DNA from: an uncultured Acidobacteriota bacterium
GTDB lineage: Bacteria > Acidobacteriota > Thermoanaerobaculia > Gp7-AA8
NCBI GenBank assembly: GCA_963822445.1
Contig: CAWGHO010000002.1
Span: forward strand, 2,112,001 to 2,176,000
Length of the DNA stretch: 64,000 bases
Reading direction: 5' to 3'
Shown: one piece after another, positions 61,059 to 64,000 of the stretch
Layout: every line of letters starts with the position of its first letter
Position numbering within the stretch: the stretch's first letter is position 1
Translations under genes and position numbers: made by a program
The notes under the pieces: model-generated
Told to the model about the DNA's origin: nothing
The model's input: the letters and a program-made list of their open reading frames with translations, nothing else
The model's database searches: none

Positions 61059-61240
61059 AACTCACAGCAGCTGACGCGGCCCGGCTTCGGCCCGGCGCTG
61101 AAGCGCCTTGGCCGAACAGTACCGGCGCGGCGGCACGCCGGCCGCAAATCGGTTCATTCGTTAATCGCCGGCAGCCGGCGCGCCGCGCTGCCATAGCCGC
61201 GCGGGCCCTGGCCGCGCAGCTGAGTGAGATGACGTTAGGC
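61052..61240 (+). repeat. attC 43 (family D, Y-specific)
   Basis: GCCCAAC...GTTAGGC. Confidence 0.9.
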
Positions 61241-61501
61241 CGACCCATCAAAATTCGCGTGGCGGCACGCTACAATGAAACTCCGCTTACTTGCACGACC
61301 ATCGCAAGCAATCCGCGCTGGCACACACAGCGCTCTCTCGGCGCGAGGCTGGTCCAGTCACTTGCATTGCATGTCTCCGTCTAGCCTAGCATGGCGCAAG
61401 GTGAGGTGCGGCGGCTACCGTCTTTCGCTCTGGCGCGCTGGAGGACAGCCTCTCTCTTCCCTCTTCCGCTTCGACCTCCATTATGCTGTCATAGCTGCGC
61501 G

Positions 61502-62299
61502 ATGAGTTGGCTCCACACAGACTTTGTCGATGATCGGCTAGGCGGAATCGGCACTCGGTTTGAGCGCATGGGCCGCTGCATATATTGCAACGGCTTGATG
61601 ACGCATTTCGACCAGATCGATGGCTATCAAGTTGATAAGTACCGCATGCGGCGCGCCGGCAAACGTTTTCTTGACGATGACAGGTATGTGGATCGATGCT
61701 ACCGATGTGGCTGGTGGCATTCGTACAGCGAAAGACAAAAGTACAGTGATCATATTGATTGCTTCTATGCGTATGGATCACTGAAACAACTGGACTTGGC
61801 TGACGTGGAGACTCCAATCGATGAAATTAAGAGCTACTTGGCGGCAAAGTTTGAGGCTTGGCGAGGCTTAGATCCTATTCGCTTCGAATCCGTAGTGGCA
61901 TCCGTCTTCAGAGATCTGCGATACGTCGCAAGAGTCACCGCACGCACAGGGGACCGCGGCATAGATGTCTATCTTGACGGCCCGAATGACACTCTCGTAG
62001 GTGTACAGGTGAAGGCCACAATGCGTGCCATTAGAGTGGAGCAAATCAATGCGTTAACTGGGGCGTTGATCATTAATGATTGTACGGCGGGAGTCTTTGT
62101 TACAACCTCTCGGTTCCAACCTGGCGCGGTTGCTGCAGCGAAGAGCGCGACGAAACGAGGATTCCCAATTACTTTAGTCGACGCTGAGGCCCTGTTGGAT
62201 GCGCTCCAAGTGATACATTCAGCGAAGGAGCTCGATCCTTTGGACCCACGCATGCCGTGGAATCGGGTAGATCCAGTGCTGAGGTATTCGCTTCTCTGA
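61502..62299 (+). CDS. C44: Mrr-type restriction endonuclease with N-terminal Zn-ribbon
   Basis: CIYC...CYRCGWW; FESVVASVF, GDRGIDV, VQVK, VTTSRF. Confidence 0.85.
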   Translation: MSWLHTDFVDDRLGGIGTRFERMGRCIYCNGLMTHFDQIDGYQVDKYRMRRAGKRFLDDDRYVDRCYRCGWWHSYSERQKYSDHIDCFYAYGSLKQLDLADVETPIDEIKSYLAAKFEAWRGLDPIRFESVVASVFRDLRYVARVTARTGDRGIDVYLDGPNDTLVGVQVKATMRAIRVEQINALTGALIINDCTAGVFVTTSRFQPGAVAAAKSATKRGFPITLVDAEALLDALQVIHSAKELDPLDPRMPWNRVDPVLRYSLL

Positions 62300-62348
62300 T
62301 CATCTCATCGGAGCAGTGTCCCGAATGGCACGGCACAGATGACCCGCG

Positions 62349-62545
62349 GCCTAACTTTGGTGTGAAGCTGGCACGGCCCGGCTTCGGCCCGGCAGCCGAG
62401 CTGCCTCGTTCAGCGCCAGCGTGGCGGCGTCACGGCGGTTGCAGTTCGCCAGTCGTGGCTGCGCAACTCCTTGGCGGCAACCGGGGCGCCGCTGCGGCTT
62501 CGGCACGCGGGACCGGCCGTGCAGCTTACACCAAGGACGTTAGGC
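62349..62545 (+). repeat. attC 44 (family C)
   Basis: GCCTAAC...GTTAGGC. Confidence 0.9.
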
Positions 62546-62722
62546 CGACGAATCGCGGTTTCCGTGAGAGCACACTCCCCATGAGGCTCCGCCGACCGGC
62601 ACGCTAAGCGCTTGCTGCGGTCGCCGTGGCAGATCGCAGACCGCTGGGAGATCGCCAAGCTACCGCAGCGATACCGACTGGCAACTGCAAACCACATGAT
62701 GCGTCAACATCGTGTCCGCTCC

Positions 62723-63106
62723 TTAAGCCGCCGAATCCTGTGAATCGCTGACAGTCGTCGGTTTCGTAGCGATCCTAGCAAGCCTAAAGAGTCCGCTCAC
62801 GGAGAGACACACCCACGCCAGGATGGTCGCCAGATATCCCCAGTAGTAAGCGGTGACCCATCCTGGTACGCCTTCCTCCCAGCTGAACTTAGAAATTACG
62901 CGCAGATCTCCCTGTATAAACCAAGGCATTGCTTGGCCGGGGTGATGTCGGGCCCAGGTGCCTTCCTCACCACCGCCGAACGACACGACATGCGTCGGGC
63001 GAGGCTTAATGACGAAGACACCATTGAAGCCACCCTGTTCGTACACAAGACCAGTGGATAGATAGAAGATCGAGGCAACGATCGTGAGCACGAATACAAA
63101 GCGCAT
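62723..63106 (-). CDS. C45: hypothetical membrane protein
   Basis: N- and C-terminal hydrophobic segments. Confidence 0.55.
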   Translation of the reverse strand: MRFVFVLTIVASIFYLSTGLVYEQGGFNGVFVIKPRPTHVVSFGGGEEGTWARHHPGQAMPWFIQGDLRVISKFSWEEGVPGWVTAYYWGYLATILAWVCLSVSGLFRLARIATKPTTVSDSQDSAA

Positions 63107-63440
63107 AATTGTGGGCGGAAACCCTGCCGCGACAGAACATTACGGTATCACTGCCGCGTCCGCGCAGCAATAACGCGAACGGTATTATCGCTGCTGCAAC
63201 TTCACGCCTCGTGTTGCCGGCGTGCCGCGCTGGTGCCCGACGATCAGCAGAAGCTGGTGATGCCGAGAACGACCACCGCAGGTCATTTCCAATGGTGCAC
63301 ACGCGGTCGCAGTCCGCGACTATGTTGCCAATACTGTGAAATCGGCAGTTCAAGCATGTCGCTTCAGCTTCGCGATCTGCGTCGTCGTCAGTAACTACGA
63401 AGTCTGAGCAGATCGGACGACATAGCGTTGCAGCATCGCG

Positions 63441-63629
63441 GCCTAACTACGCGTTCAAGCTGATGCGGCCCGGCTTCGGCCCGGCGCTGAAGCGCCTCGG
63501 CCGAACAGTACCAGCGCGGCGTCACGCCGGCCGCATTTTACTCCCGCCGCAGTTAGTCGCAGCGGCCGGCGCGCCGCGCTGCCGTAGCCGCGCGGGACCG
63601 GCCGCACAGCTTAACGTCGGACGTTAGCC
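63441..63629 (+). repeat. attC 45 (family D-like interior, distinct L arms)
   Basis: GCCTAAC...GTTAGCC; cgtt[c]aagctg/cagcttaacg. Confidence 0.9.
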
Positions 63630-63681
63630 CGACGACGCCGAGAGCATCGGAAATCCCTTAGTTCAGTGCGAGAATAAGAAC

Positions 63682-64000
63682 GTGACGAACGTGAGTCAGG
63701 CGCTCCCGCAGGTCGCCGCGAGCGACAACTTGTTTTGGTTGTTCAGTTCTGCTGCACAGACGATCGCAGCATTCGTCGCCTTCCTCTTGGCGGGTTACGC
63801 CCTCGTCCACACGATGATGGAGGCAGCCGCAGCCGCAGACGAAACGCTCGTAGAAATCCATGAGGAGTTGAAGCGTCGATACTATCGGCGTCTCGCCGGA
63901 CTGGTGGTCCTGACCGCAGTCGCTATCGTCGCATGTTTCGCGGTAATACTTTTTAATGGCGCAAGCACGCAGTGGTTCATTGTTCTGACGTGGGCGGCCG
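63682..64000 (+). CDS. C46 (partial): membrane protein running off the window
   Basis: Open frame ...NLFWLFSSAAQTIAAFVAFLLAGY...DETL...; not in the ORF track because it has no stop. Confidence 0.65.
   Translation, partial: MTNVSQALPQVAASDNLFWLFSSAAQTIAAFVAFLLAGYALVHTMMEAAAAADETLVEIHEELKRRYYRRLAGLVVLTAVAIVACFAVILFNGASTQWFIVLTWAA

Larger units (their letters stand above)
6092..64000 (+). mobile_element. Large sedentary chromosomal-type integron: intI, attI and an array of at least 46 cassettes (continues beyond the window)
   Basis: intI, 45 attC sites, and complementarity between each cassette's start core and its own R'' box. Confidence 0.95.

Noticed and set aside
8564-63629. Recurrent small ORFs such as PNYCQELSAGR..., NVYRLSCGEAPR... 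and LTTARSC...
   Set aside because: Translations of the attC repeats; frames and boundaries are inconsistent between copies.
8564-63629. CRISPR array interpretation of the repeats
   Set aside because: Repeats are ~200 bp with gene-sized spacers and R/L boxes; no cas genes.

Overview
GC-rich bacterial chromosomal window (lineage not determinable from this sequence). Positions 1-5974 are housekeeping genes: the end of a TPR-like gene, glgE and a treS-maltokinase fusion. Next is an integron integrase (intI, 6092-7057) that is co-oriented with, not divergent from, a large cassette array. The array starts at a putative attI at 7405 and runs off the right end: 45 complete cassettes (C1-C45) plus a partial 46th. 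All 45 attC sites are unusually long (187-201 bp) and have multi-branched, covarying interiors. Cargo is dominated by defence-type domains (TIR, SLOG-TIR, HEPN, Mrr, ABC-ATPase/TOPRIM, AbiGi, Abi-C, FRG, DGQHR), five toxin-antitoxin loci and membrane or lipoprotein hypotheticals. The most unusual signals are non-coding. (i) A ~340-nt structured element ('X', 4 copies) has 22-23-bp stems of different sequence but conserved pairing, and shares a module with the attC interior. (ii) A family of ORF-less ~300-bp cassettes ('Y', 4 copies) has a conserved scaffold around a ~50-nt variable segment and its own attC type; Y alternates strictly with X. (iii) A motif sits at a fixed +41 to +43 from the crossover in 9 unrelated cassettes. 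(iv) Many cassettes carry leaderless-type -10 boxes. Domain calls come from visual motif recognition only; no database searches were run.
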